DNA of 61,433 nt, filler included, from an uncultured bacterium (GTDB lineage: Bacteria; Hinthialibacterota; Hinthialibacteria; Hinthialibacterales; Hinthialibacteraceae), in assembly GCA_964449065.1 (NCBI GenBank). It is 5 parts of 5 records of this genome, joined end to end, with 100 filler letters (N's around TTAATTAATTAA, not from the genome) between each part and the next. Parts side by side here need not be neighbours in the genome. Positions count along the whole stretch, not along the records: positions 1 to 12,379 come from CAYVAZ010000147.1; positions 12,480 to 24,728 come from CAYVAZ010000148.1; 3 more parts are not named here. One strand, 5' to 3'. Made by a program: the position numbers and the translations under genes. Below are positions 9,534 through 17,950 of this stretch, piece by piece (within the stretch, counting starts at the first letter, position 1; the number at the start of each line of letters is the position of its first letter). The notes under the pieces are model-generated. The model searched no databases and was not told the DNA's origin. It saw nothing but the letters and a program-made list of their open reading frames with translations.

Positions 9534-10903
9534 GTAGACGAAATGTGTTAGTGATAGATGATGAACCTGATTCCAGAGAAGTCGTCTTCGATTCACTGGA
9601 AGGCAGAGGGTATTCGCTTTTAGAAGCGCCGTCCGGCGAAAAAGCCCTCACCATTTTTGCGTCTCACGAAATCGACTTGGTCATTTGCGATCTTGTATTG
9701 CCAGGCATGGGCGGCATCGACATCTTGCAAAAAGTAAAGGAAATCAGTCCGGATACCGAAGTGGTCATGCTCACCGGCTTTGCCACGGTCGATTCCGCTG
9801 TCGAGGCCATGCGCTTGGGCGCGTTTGACTACATCACCAAACCCATCCGGCTTAAAGAACTGCGGCTGCTGATCGAACGCGCTCTCGAACACAAACGCTT
9901 CGGCGAAGAACGGGACGAATGGCGCCGCCAAGTCGCACGCTATTCCGGAAGATTTGTCGGCAAATCGGCCGCCATGAAAAAAGTCTTCCACATCATCGAA
10001 CAAGTGGCTCCCACCAACAGCACGGTGCTAATTACCGGCGAAACAGGAACGGGAAAAGACCAGGTCGCCCGCGAAATCCATGAACAAAGCCGCCGCAGCC
10101 ACAAGCCGTTAGTCAAAGTTGACTGTGCCTCTCTCCCCGAATCGTTGTTGGAATCCGAACTGTTCGGTCATGTGCGCGGCGCATTCACCGGTGCGGTAAA
10201 AGACCGCAAAGGCCGCTTTGAACTCGCGGATGGCGGAACAATTTTTTTAAATGAAATTGGGGAAATGTCAGCCGGTGCCCAGCAGCGCTTGCTACGCATT
10301 TTGCAGGATTCTGAACTGGAACGGGTGGGCGACAGCCAAACCATACATGTCGATGTACGCGTGATTGCCGCCACCAACAAAGATCTCACCAAATTAATCC
10401 GTGAAAACAAATTTCGCGAAGACTTATTTTACCGTTTGCGTGTCGTACAAATTCCGTTGGCGCCCCTGCGTGAGCGTCAAGAAGATATACCGGTTTTGGC
10501 ACAAGTGTTTCTTAAGCGGTACAGTGAAGAAACCAATAAAAACCTGTTAGAATTTAACCCGGAAGTGCTGCAAATTTTCAATCGGTATCCTTGGCCGGGG
10601 AATGTACGCGAACTGCAACATGTTGTCGAAAACATCTCGATTTTTGCAAAAGGAGAACAAGTTACACTGGATGACTTGCCGCAAGAAATTCTGGGAAATA
10701 TGCCGGAAAATGATATCCAAACTCAAGAAATTCAGGAAGATAGACAAAATATGATTTGCATCCCAATCGGATCAACCCTAGAAGACGCCGAACTCCAAAT
10801 CATCCGGAAAACCTTGGATAGTGTCGGTGGAAATAAAGAAAAAGCAGCGCGCGTTCTAGGACTATCCAGAAGTTCTCTATACCGTAGACTTCCAAAATTG
10901 TAG
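9530..10903 (+). CDS. Sigma54-dependent response regulator (NtrC/AtoC family)
   Basis: REC domain, Walker A GETGTGK, ESELFGH, GAFTGA, WPGNVREL and a Fis-type HTH; Walker B reads FLNE. Confidence 0.95.
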   Translation: MSRRNVLVIDDEPDSREVVFDSLEGRGYSLLEAPSGEKALTIFASHEIDLVICDLVLPGMGGIDILQKVKEISPDTEVVMLTGFATVDSAVEAMRLGAFDYITKPIRLKELRLLIERALEHKRFGEERDEWRRQVARYSGRFVGKSAAMKKVFHIIEQVAPTNSTVLITGETGTGKDQVAREIHEQSRRSHKPLVKVDCASLPESLLESELFGHVRGAFTGAVKDRKGRFELADGGTIFLNEIGEMSAGAQQRLLRILQDSELERVGDSQTIHVDVRVIAATNKDLTKLIRENKFREDLFYRLRVVQIPLAPLRERQEDIPVLAQVFLKRYSEETNKNLLEFNPEVLQIFNRYPWPGNVRELQHVVENISIFAKGEQVTLDDLPQEILGNMPENDIQTQEIQEDRQNMICIPIGSTLEDAELQIIRKTLDSVGGNKEKAARVLGLSRSSLYRRLPKL

Positions 10904-10918
10904 ACCCTATCTTAGATA

Positions 10919-10934
10919 TGGCATAAAATATGCT
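10919..10934 (+). promoter_or_regulatory. Putative sigma54 (-24/-12) promoter
   Basis: TGGCATAAAATATGCT gives GG-N10-GC just upstream of the receiver gene. Confidence 0.5.
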
Positions 10935-10949
10935 ATATCCTTAACCGTT

Positions 10950-11366
10950 ATGGCAACATTAATGTCAAACCACTCAATACCGGTTTCCTTTTTAAATGAA
11001 CTCCTTGCGGGTAAGCGTATCTTAATCGTTGACGACGAAGAAGACTACGCCGAAGCAATGAAAGAGATTTTCTCTATTCACGACTGCCAAGTTGTTTGCA
11101 AGAAAGACCCTTGTTGCGCGCTAAATTATGTCATGCAACATGACTTTGACTTGGTGATTGTAGACAAGAACATGCCCAGATTAGACGGATTGGAATTTTC
11201 GAGGCAACTTCGCGAAGCAAAACCCTCAGCCAACATTATCTTAGTAACCGCTTACCCAAATGAACACTCCCGCAAAGAAAGCATTGATTTAGGCATTCGC
11301 TATTATCTCATAAAACCGTTCCGCAAAAACGAACTCCTTGAAGTTGTCAGCTTTGTCTTTCTCTAA
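10950..11366 (+). CDS. Stand-alone response regulator receiver protein
   Basis: ILIVDDE, VIVDKNMP, LVTAY and YLIKPF; alternative start at 10962. Confidence 0.9.
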   Translation: MATLMSNHSIPVSFLNELLAGKRILIVDDEEDYAEAMKEIFSIHDCQVVCKKDPCCALNYVMQHDFDLVIVDKNMPRLDGLEFSRQLREAKPSANIILVTAYPNEHSRKESIDLGIRYYLIKPFRKNELLEVVSFVFL

Positions 11367-11402
11367 ACTCCCAGATTCTACCACAAATAAGACCATGTCC
11401 AA

Positions 11403-11479
11403 TTAGGATTGTTCATTTAGCGCGGCGATAAGCCTTAGCGAAAGTAAGACGTAGCACCTTTCTTGCCTGACAATCCTAA
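11403..11479. mobile_element. 77-bp MITE-like core with inverted ends, copy 1
   Basis: TTAGGATTGT...ACAATCCTAA; same-length homologues at 31549-31625 and 53939-54015. Confidence 0.7.
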
Positions 11480-11578
11480 CTAACATCGCTATAAGACCAT
11501 TTCAAATCAATAATGAGCGGTCAACGCGGCGTAATACCCGTATCCAACAAGAATGTGAGCGATTCCATCTTTTCTTTT

Positions 11579-11787
11579 ATCCTAAAAAAAGAAGTTGATA
11601 TTGAAAAGTATGCCATAACTTTTTGAATATAATAGAATTATGAAATGCGGAGCAGTTGAAAAATAATCACCAAAAGGGTGAGAGCGGTCAATCGTAGAAT
11701 TTCTTGAATTCGTTGGACTTATCACTCGTCACTCCTAACTAACACTTTTGTAAATCATGTTATATGAGCAACTTGTACAATCACGTG
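11579..11787 (+). repeat. Dispersed AT-rich repeat family F
   Basis: 11579-11664 matches 61348-61433 (2 mismatches in 86 nt); 11733-11787 is identical to 49311-49365. Confidence 0.85.
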
Positions 11788-11881
11788 TATTACCATTTTC
11801 AAATAGAAAAGTTCACTATGAATGACGGAACGGCAAAAAATCTTTTATGGTGATGCAAGGCTTCCAGCCTGCCGATGCCAT

Positions 11882-12061
11882 TTCTCCCCCAATCATTTTG
11901 GGGGAGATGTCCGACGCAAGGAGGACAGAGGGAGTGCGAAGAGAACCATAAACCAGAATGATTCAACCTGTTTTAAAGAAGTTTTTTCCTGGGCAATCAA
12001 ACGAAGCAATCTGTTAAGCCGTTTTGATTTTCGTGAACAATCCAAATTGGAAATGGTATAA
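11882..12061 (+). repeat. Dispersed repeat family A, copy 2
   Basis: Aligns by eye along its full length with 7108-7287. Confidence 0.9.
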
Positions 12062-12379
12062 TGCCGCTTTTCTGCAAACAATCCACAACAAGTAGGGAAG
12101 CAAAATAAGGTTCTCCGGCAGTATCCGGCAGGGTGACCCTCCTCATGCGGCACCGCCCCGTGATTCGCGCTTGGCGCCTTACCTGCAGGAAGCCGGGAAA
12201 CGAAACTGAGGATGGCTTCGTCTCCACTCACGGGGAACCGGTTTGATTGATATTGTACGGTAAGCGCGTCGTAAGCCCAGCGGTAGAAGGTGCTTATCAT
12301 TCGTTTACCCTCAAAATAAAATCAACCTGGAAAAAAGGTTTGATGGAATATTTGGCGGTATTCCATAAGCCCGCATGAT

Positions 12380-12479
12380 NNNNNNNNNNNNNNNNNNNNN
12401 NNNNNNNNNNNNNNNNNNNNNNNTTAATTAATTAANNNNNNNNNNNNNNNNNNNNNNNNNNNNNNNNNNNNNNNNNNNN
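12380..12479. other. Artificial contig linker
   Basis: N-run + TTAATTAATTAA + N-run, 100 nt, repeated identically four times. Confidence 0.99.
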
Positions 12480-12551
12480 GAAGTCGTTTCCTGGGCAATC
12501 AAACGAAGCAATCGGTTAAGCCGTTTACCCCAACAGAGTTACAAATGTAAG

Positions 12552-12622
12552 CCAGGGGCAGAGTGACCGAAGGGAACGCCGCCCCTGGAAATGTGAGAGA
12601 AAATCTGACCCCGAAAGGGTCA
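12552..12622. repeat. REP-like double hairpin
   Basis: CCAGGGGC...GCCCCTGG (12552-12588) and TGACCC...GGGTCA (12606-12622). Confidence 0.55.
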
Positions 12623-12879
12623 AAGAAATGAGTAGGTTCTTTAAGTCAATGGCATTGGGGAGGGATCAAAGACAATCTCTTTCTATCTACGCAAACCTCA
12701 ATTGCTCTAGCGGCGTGTTCGCGAAATATAAGCGAAAACGAACGTATCTGTATTTGCTCTTGGTTCCGGTCGGATTTTCGATATGACCGCAATGGGCTGG
12801 GGTCACCAGTTTTACCCTGCCGAATTGAGCAAACTCCGCAGACGTTTCTATGCCAAATTAACTGAACAACCGTTCACTT

Positions 12880-12896
12880 CTGGCACGCAACTTGCA
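12880..12896 (+). promoter_or_regulatory. Sigma54 (-24/-12) promoter
   Basis: CTGGCACG-CAAC-TTGCA matches the consensus YTGGCACG-N4-TTGCW exactly; predicted TSS about 12907. Confidence 0.8.
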
Positions 12897-12906
12897 GTAT
12901 TAAATT

Positions 12907-13443
12907 TCAACAGCATTTCCTGCGCAGGAAGAAATTCGCTGTAAAGCAGTACAAAACGTATCTTCAAGGCAGTGATCCACCGCTCCATATGGGAACCGGA
13001 TTTCACTGGCCGCCGCGGCGAGGACTTCACAGACCGCGCAAGCGTACCTCATGCGCTTGAGGCTAAAATACCCGGTCACCCCCGGACGGTCTTGCCGCGC
13101 GCCACAGACAGGCAACGGTGGCGTGATGTAAAAATTTGATGCTCTTTCAGATCATGAGGCAAGGTTGGAGACAACTTGATTTGAAGTATGGAATCAAGTA
13201 CGCGTGCGCTGCCAAGAGATTGGTCATTGGCGGCACGCCAAGAGATAAGAGCATATGGGAGTGAAGTCGCTATGCTCTCAAGCGTTGTAGATGGTAACTT
13301 CTTACCGGCTTTGTTTTACGGTAAGGAACTCTGTCTCTCCTGCAATCTCCTCCAATGGGGAAGCTGCCAGCAAGCCTTGGATACGATTTGAAGCAGTCGT
13401 CCGTTGTGGTAACAGAAGCAAGCGCATGTTGGGCGCCCAACGT
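12907..13443 (+). ncRNA. Candidate large structured ncRNA or long 5' leader (family unrecognised)
   Basis: Follows the sigma54 promoter, has no protein-like ORF and contains at least eight stems, some nested. Boundaries are inferred. Confidence 0.45.
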
Positions 13444-13621
13444 ATTTAAAAAAAGAAAGAAGAAAGAGAAGAAAGATGATAAACAAACAACAAGCCAAGA
13501 AAAGCCCCTAGTATTGTGTCAATCTAAAAATGACGGCTGGCTATCCGTTGTTTCCCCCCTTGATAAGGGGGCTAGGGGGATTCAAAAATCATCGCAGCCC
13601 ACCCACTCTCAAATAAGCCCT

Positions 13622-13646
13622 GGGAGGGCGAGGCTCCCGCCGAGCC
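13622..13646 (+). repeat. REP-like 25-mer GGGAGGGCGAGGCTCCCGCCGAGCC
   Basis: Variants at 15776-15799 (-), 31498-31521 and 39097-39121, all intergenic. Confidence 0.8.
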
Positions 13647-13781
13647 AGCGGCACGCTTTCCTACCCGATAATCCCTATAAAATCGGTATAAAACTCTAAG
13701 AACTGAGTATGCCCCCATCGTTATTCGCGTGAATTCTCGTGTATTCGCGGTTTCAAATGTGGTGCAGGCTTCCAACATGCA

Positions 13782-13957
13782 AAAGCCTTTGGGGGAGATG
13801 TCCGACGCCAGGAGGACAGAGGGGGTGTGAAGAGAGCCATAATCCGTAAAGTAATAAGTCAGCCGTTTGAAGAAAGTTTTCCCCTTAGCATTCAAATGAA
13901 GGAATCATGGTTAGCCGATTTGATTTTAGTGAACAATCCAAATTAGAAATGGCATAA
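13782..13957 (+). repeat. Dispersed repeat family A, copy 3 (diverged)
   Basis: TTTGGGGGAGATGTCCGACGC...GAACAATCCAAATTAGAAATGGCATAA. Confidence 0.85.
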
Positions 13958-14043
13958 TCAAGTTGGAAATCAGCATTACCAGGCCTAATAGTGTTAGTCT
14001 TTCGCTATATCCCTCAACGCTTTATCTGAGGGTTCGGTGCTCG
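13956..14043 (+). repeat. Dispersed repeat with CCCTCA...TGAGGG hairpin
   Basis: Near-identical to 49367-49452; diverged inverted copy near 49131-49170. Confidence 0.85.
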
Positions 14044-14191
14044 ACACTCACCGCCGGTGATCCTCCAACTCATCTTCCGGCAGAACCCATTCTGTATATA
14101 TGTTTGCATCACTCTTGGCAATATTCATTTCAAAACCAAATCATTCTTCACCTGTCCATCAAATAAATATCTCCATTTTTTGCTCTGTGGG

Positions 14192-14197
14192 TATAAT
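14192..14197 (+). promoter_or_regulatory. -10 box of the rnpB promoter
   Basis: TATAAT 6 nt before the P1 stem. Confidence 0.6.
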
Positions 14198-14203
14198 AAA
14201 ACA

Positions 14204-14545
14204 CGGGGGAGGAGGCGGCCGCGGGTGGGCTTTGGCTCACGCGAGGAAAGTCCGGACTCCACCGGGCAGGACGCTGGGTAACACCCAGGAGGGGAAACCC
14301 TACGGAAAGTGCCACAGAAAACAAACCGCCTTTGTCCAAGGTAAGGGTGAAATGGTGGGGTAAGAGCCCACCGCGGTTCCGGGCGACCGGGCCGGCACGG
14401 CAAACCCCGTCCGGAGCAATGCCAAGTAGGAGAGGTAGGAGCGGCCCGCTCCGCTGAACTCTCGGGTAGGCAGCTGGAGGCGTCTGGCAACAGACGCCCT
14501 AGAGGAATGGCCGTCCACGACAAAATCCGGCTTATCCCTCCCCCG
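14204..14545 (+). ncRNA. rnpB: RNase P RNA, bacterial class A
   Basis: GAGGAAAGTCCGGACTC, GGAAAGTGCCACAGAAAA, AGGGTGAAATGGTGGGGTAAGAGCCCACC, GGCAAACCCC and AAATCCGGCTTAT; P1 pairing CGGGGGAGG/CCTCCCCCG. Confidence 0.98.
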
Positions 14546-14565
14546 TTTTTTCAAGTGGTCAGTGT

Positions 14566-14664
14566 TTAGTTGTATGCACCAGGATCTTTTTTCCAAATCG
14601 GGCTGCCTTGATACTTCTCTCCGATGGGGTATTTGTCGCTGGGAGTTACGGCATTTTTCATGAT
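14566..14664 (-). pseudogene. Displaced duplicate 3' end of the arylsulfatase gene
   Basis: 14582-14664 is identical to 15838-15920; it continues in frame as DPGAYN* versus DPKAYQ* in the full gene. Confidence 0.85.
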
Positions 14665-14728
14665 GATCATTTTCATATAAGACTTGAAGACCCTGATGGT
14701 ACATCAAACTAGAAATTGGAGGTACGTT

Positions 14729-15670
14729 GTGAAAGTATTTAATAATCTAATCATCAAAATTGCTTTAGTGATACTTGTAAGTTATGCTTTTAACGATTCT
14801 ACAGCACAAAATCGAACTGAGTTAGAAATAAAATACAATAAAGAAAATGGAGTATCACAAATAGTAGAGAGGAATTCTGAAAGCGTTAATGTTGTTCAAT
14901 CTACGAACAATATTTTACGATCATTAACCATATCATATGATGGCTCTTACTATGCTGTCATTATGGTGAACCATGAAATCAATTATCCTGATAAATATCC
15001 TTCACCGGAATTTAACCGTAAATTGATTGTCTATGATGAAAATCATGAAACGGTGATGGAAATACTTAATGTATTTAGGTATACTTGGTCGCCAACAGAA
15101 TCAAAACTCGCTGTGATTATCGGTGAAGATATTGAACCGGGATTTAGATCGAAAGAAACATATGTGTATAACGTTTTAGATCAAACAAAATTTGAAATTC
15201 CTGTTATCGCTTATGATGTTGTATGGGCGATGCATGACAACAAGATTTATACAATGAATTTTGCAGAAGGTGTTTATGTGTTTGAACCGAGGAGTAACAC
15301 CTTACAAAAAACGTCTTATACCGGTATTTATTTTTCCCCGGATGGGAAATATTATTTTGAACCGATATATGACGGTGCCTTTTTTGCTGTACGCAAAACA
15401 TCTAACAATGAGAAGGAAGAGACTCACCCTCTGTTAAAAGAAGAATATCTCCAACCGTATGGTTGGCTTCTTCAGACGAATTGTTTGGTGTCTCGTCAAC
15501 ATCCTCATGATCATTCATTCATTATTAATGTAGAAAACGGTCAGAGTGAGATTATCAACAAGGAGCCAGCTCGTGGAGGGGGGAATGGCCTTATTCCTCT
15601 AGATTTCTTAGGTGCCCGGAAAGCGGAAATTCTTCAGTCGTTAGATGTAAACATACCGGAAACGGATTGA
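14729..15670 (+). CDS. AT-rich exported protein, possibly beta-propeller (TolB/PD40-like)
   Basis: GGAGG RBS and GTG start, signal peptide, recurring ISYDGSY, WSPTESKL and FSPDGKY motifs. Confidence 0.7.
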   Translation: MKVFNNLIIKIALVILVSYAFNDSTAQNRTELEIKYNKENGVSQIVERNSESVNVVQSTNNILRSLTISYDGSYYAVIMVNHEINYPDKYPSPEFNRKLIVYDENHETVMEILNVFRYTWSPTESKLAVIIGEDIEPGFRSKETYVYNVLDQTKFEIPVIAYDVVWAMHDNKIYTMNFAEGVYVFEPRSNTLQKTSYTGIYFSPDGKYYFEPIYDGAFFAVRKTSNNEKEETHPLLKEEYLQPYGWLLQTNCLVSRQHPHDHSFIINVENGQSEIINKEPARGGGNGLIPLDFLGARKAEILQSLDVNIPETD

Positions 15671-15703
15671 TTATTGAATTTTAATCGATAGATTAGTTGC
15701 CCC

Positions 15704-15736
15704 AAAAAAAAGCCTCTCCAGATTGAAGAGGCTTTT
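15704..15736. terminator. Bidirectional terminator between convergent genes
   Basis: AAAAGCCTCT...AGAGGCTTTT flanked by A and T tracts. Confidence 0.7.
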
Positions 15737-15821
15737 GGCTTTGTTTCATTCCTGATTGAGTCGAAGGGGATTCGTGGCTCGGCGGAAGCCTTCCCTCCCC
15801 GTTTTGTTATCCACCAGACAA

Positions 15822-17240
15822 TTATTGATATGCCTTGGGATCTTTTTTCCAAATCGGGCTGCCTTGATACTTCTCTCCGATGGGGTATTTGTCGCTGGGA
15901 GTTACGGCATTTTTCATGATCTCATCCATCTTCTTAACGATATCCGGATGTTGGTCCGCAATGTTGTTGGTTTCGCCGATATCGCTTTCGATATCATAGA
16001 GTTGAATATTGCTTCCCTGCCCCAAGCGGATGCCTTTCCATTTGCCCATGCGGACGGCTTGGTCATAGCGGTCGCGGCAGTGGCCATAGTCCCAATACAA
16101 ATATTCATGCGTTTTATCCAGCGGTTTGCCTTGAAGTGCATTGACGACTGAAAGTCCATCAATATTGGGAGGCGCTTTTGTGCCTGCCAGTTCAGCGAAG
16201 GTGGGCATCATATCCCAAAAGGTGATGATTTCACTGCTGGTTTCACCAGCTGGAACCACACCAGGCCAATGCGCGATAAAGGGAACGCGGATACCGCCTT
16301 CGGTGAGGTTCCGTTTTGAACCTTGCAGCGGCCCGTTGGAATTAAATTGTTCCTGTGTGCTGGCGTGACCGCCGTTATCGCTGGTGAAGATAATAAGCGT
16401 GTTTTCATCCAAGCCGAGTTCTTTGATGCGTGACATAATCCTGCCCACATCGCGGTCAAGCCGGTGCACCATCGCGGCGTATTTTTTCGAATGCTCCTCC
16501 CAATCGTGATCCGCGTAAGGTTCGGTAGACGGTACGGCCAATCCGTCCGGATCTTCGTCTTTGGAAGAAAAATGCGGGATGGTATAGGCCGCGTACAAAA
16601 AGAACGGGTTGTCTTGGTTTTGGTTTATAAACTTCAACGCACGTTCCGTCATGAGATCGTGGCTGTAGTGTTCATGGGTTTTTGTGTTCCCGGATAGATC
16701 GAGCCGGCCTTCATCGTCGTCCAGATATTCGGTGTAATAGTAGTGGGCGTGGTCTTGGTTGAGATAGCCGAACCAGGTATCAAAGCCCTGATTGGTTGCC
16801 CGGCCCACGGTCCCTGCATCGCCAAGAGACCATTTGCCGACTCCGCCGCAGGTGTACCCGGCTTGTTTAAGAACTTCGGCAATGGTGACGTCATTCTCTT
16901 CGAGATAAGTGTGGTAGTGGGGAATGTTATCGCGCGCGGGAGTATGGCCGTTGTGCAGACCGGTCATGAGAACGCTTCTTGAAGGCGTGCAAACCGGGGC
17001 GCCCGCGTAAGCCTGAGTAAAGCGCAGACCGCCCGCGGCGAGACGGTCAATGTTCGGGGTTTGTACGCGTGTTTGGCCATAGCATCCCACATCCCCATAG
17101 CCGAGATCATCCGCCATGATGAAGATAATGTTGGGTTTCTTTTTCCTGCTTTGCTGAGAAAATGAACGGGATGAAGATGTGGATAGAGTTGCAACCGCTC
17201 CACCCGCGCTTATAGTTTTGATAAAGTCACGGCGTTTCAT
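15822..17240 (-). CDS. Arylsulfatase (formylglycine type) with Tat signal
   Basis: MKRRDFIK Tat motif, PNIIFIMADDLGYGD, CTPSR, GKW, FTSDNG and EGGIRVP. Confidence 0.96.
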   Translation of the reverse strand: MKRRDFIKTISAGGAVATLSTSSSRSFSQQSRKKKPNIIFIMADDLGYGDVGCYGQTRVQTPNIDRLAAGGLRFTQAYAGAPVCTPSRSVLMTGLHNGHTPARDNIPHYHTYLEENDVTIAEVLKQAGYTCGGVGKWSLGDAGTVGRATNQGFDTWFGYLNQDHAHYYYTEYLDDDEGRLDLSGNTKTHEHYSHDLMTERALKFINQNQDNPFFLYAAYTIPHFSSKDEDPDGLAVPSTEPYADHDWEEHSKKYAAMVHRLDRDVGRIMSRIKELGLDENTLIIFTSDNGGHASTQEQFNSNGPLQGSKRNLTEGGIRVPFIAHWPGVVPAGETSSEIITFWDMMPTFAELAGTKAPPNIDGLSVVNALQGKPLDKTHEYLYWDYGHCRDRYDQAVRMGKWKGIRLGQGSNIQLYDIESDIGETNNIADQHPDIVKKMDEIMKNAVTPSDKYPIGEKYQGSPIWKKDPKAYQ

Positions 17241-17270
17241 ATTTGAATCCTTTGAATTAAGAGTGCATGT

Positions 17271-17903
17271 TTAGAAGGGATTTTCATCAACCCATGCTTC
17301 AATAACTGCTGTAAAATCGGTATACGGCAAATTGTGGTCATCTAAGTTGAGTTCTCGGCAAATAATTGGAAGATTTTTCAAAAATCGTTGATATCGTTTG
17401 CAGATCATTCTGCCGCCCGGCACTTTGACTTTGTTCAGATCAATGGCTTGGATCAACCAATTACGAACAATCTCAATTAATTTTTCTTCTTTTCCTTCAT
17501 GCGAATAGATATCATGTCCGGAAATATCCGATATAAATTTTTGATAGCGGTAACGCTCTATATCCAATATTAGGCTGATTTTTTGATTGTGATGTTCTTT
17601 GCCATAATGCCTGCATCCTAAATCCAACCCTAATTCAAAGGGCATGTTAAATCGTGGAAGATGGAAAATGGGATCCAATTCTGTGCGGGACAGATCATGA
17701 ATGCTGTATTTGCACTCAGAGATAATCTCCAAAATCTTACTCAGTCTGTTTTGACCGGCATTACTGGTTTCAAGCGCACATCGCGGAGTGAATCCAACAT
17801 CGTATACAGTAAATACCGTGGCATGGAATAGTGGTGAAAAATGAGAATCAAATGGGCAATTTATGAATACATTTTCAAGGAATTCTGTTTCTTCCACAGG
17901 CAT
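17271..17903 (-). CDS. Hypothetical protein, possible TIR/nucleoside deoxyribosyltransferase-like fold
   Basis: VFINCPFD...RLSKILEIISECKYSIHDLS...NMPFELGL pattern; AT-rich. Confidence 0.55.
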   Translation of the reverse strand: MPVEETEFLENVFINCPFDSHFSPLFHATVFTVYDVGFTPRCALETSNAGQNRLSKILEIISECKYSIHDLSRTELDPIFHLPRFNMPFELGLDLGCRHYGKEHHNQKISLILDIERYRYQKFISDISGHDIYSHEGKEEKLIEIVRNWLIQAIDLNKVKVPGGRMICKRYQRFLKNLPIICRELNLDDHNLPYTDFTAVIEAWVDENPF

Positions 17904-17950
17904 ATTTATTGTACCTTGATGATTTGACTTGAATTGTAATAGGAAATTAA

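Noticed and set aside
12195..12240. Hammerhead ribozyme (GAAAC and CTGAGGA words)
   Set aside because: The core elements overlap, without the required stems or cleavage triplet.
12380..12479. TTAATTAATTAA as a biological motif, and gene linkage across the gaps
   Set aside because: It is an identical artificial linker at all four joins, and the contigs are simply sorted by length.
13426..13455. Intrinsic terminator ending the candidate ncRNA
   Set aside because: The hairpin is followed by ATTT and an A-tract rather than a U-tract, so the 3' end remains undefined.
13963..14707. Several short ORFs around rnpB
   Set aside because: They overlap the RNase P RNA or repeats and are not protein-like.
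15791..15805. Duplicated rnpB 3' end as an att site
   Set aside because: TCCCTCCCC here is the end of an inverted REP 25-mer, so the similarity is probably coincidental.
14566..15920. DGR template/variable repeat pair
   Set aside because: The differences are not adenine-specific, they cluster in the last 16 nt, and no reverse transcriptase is present.
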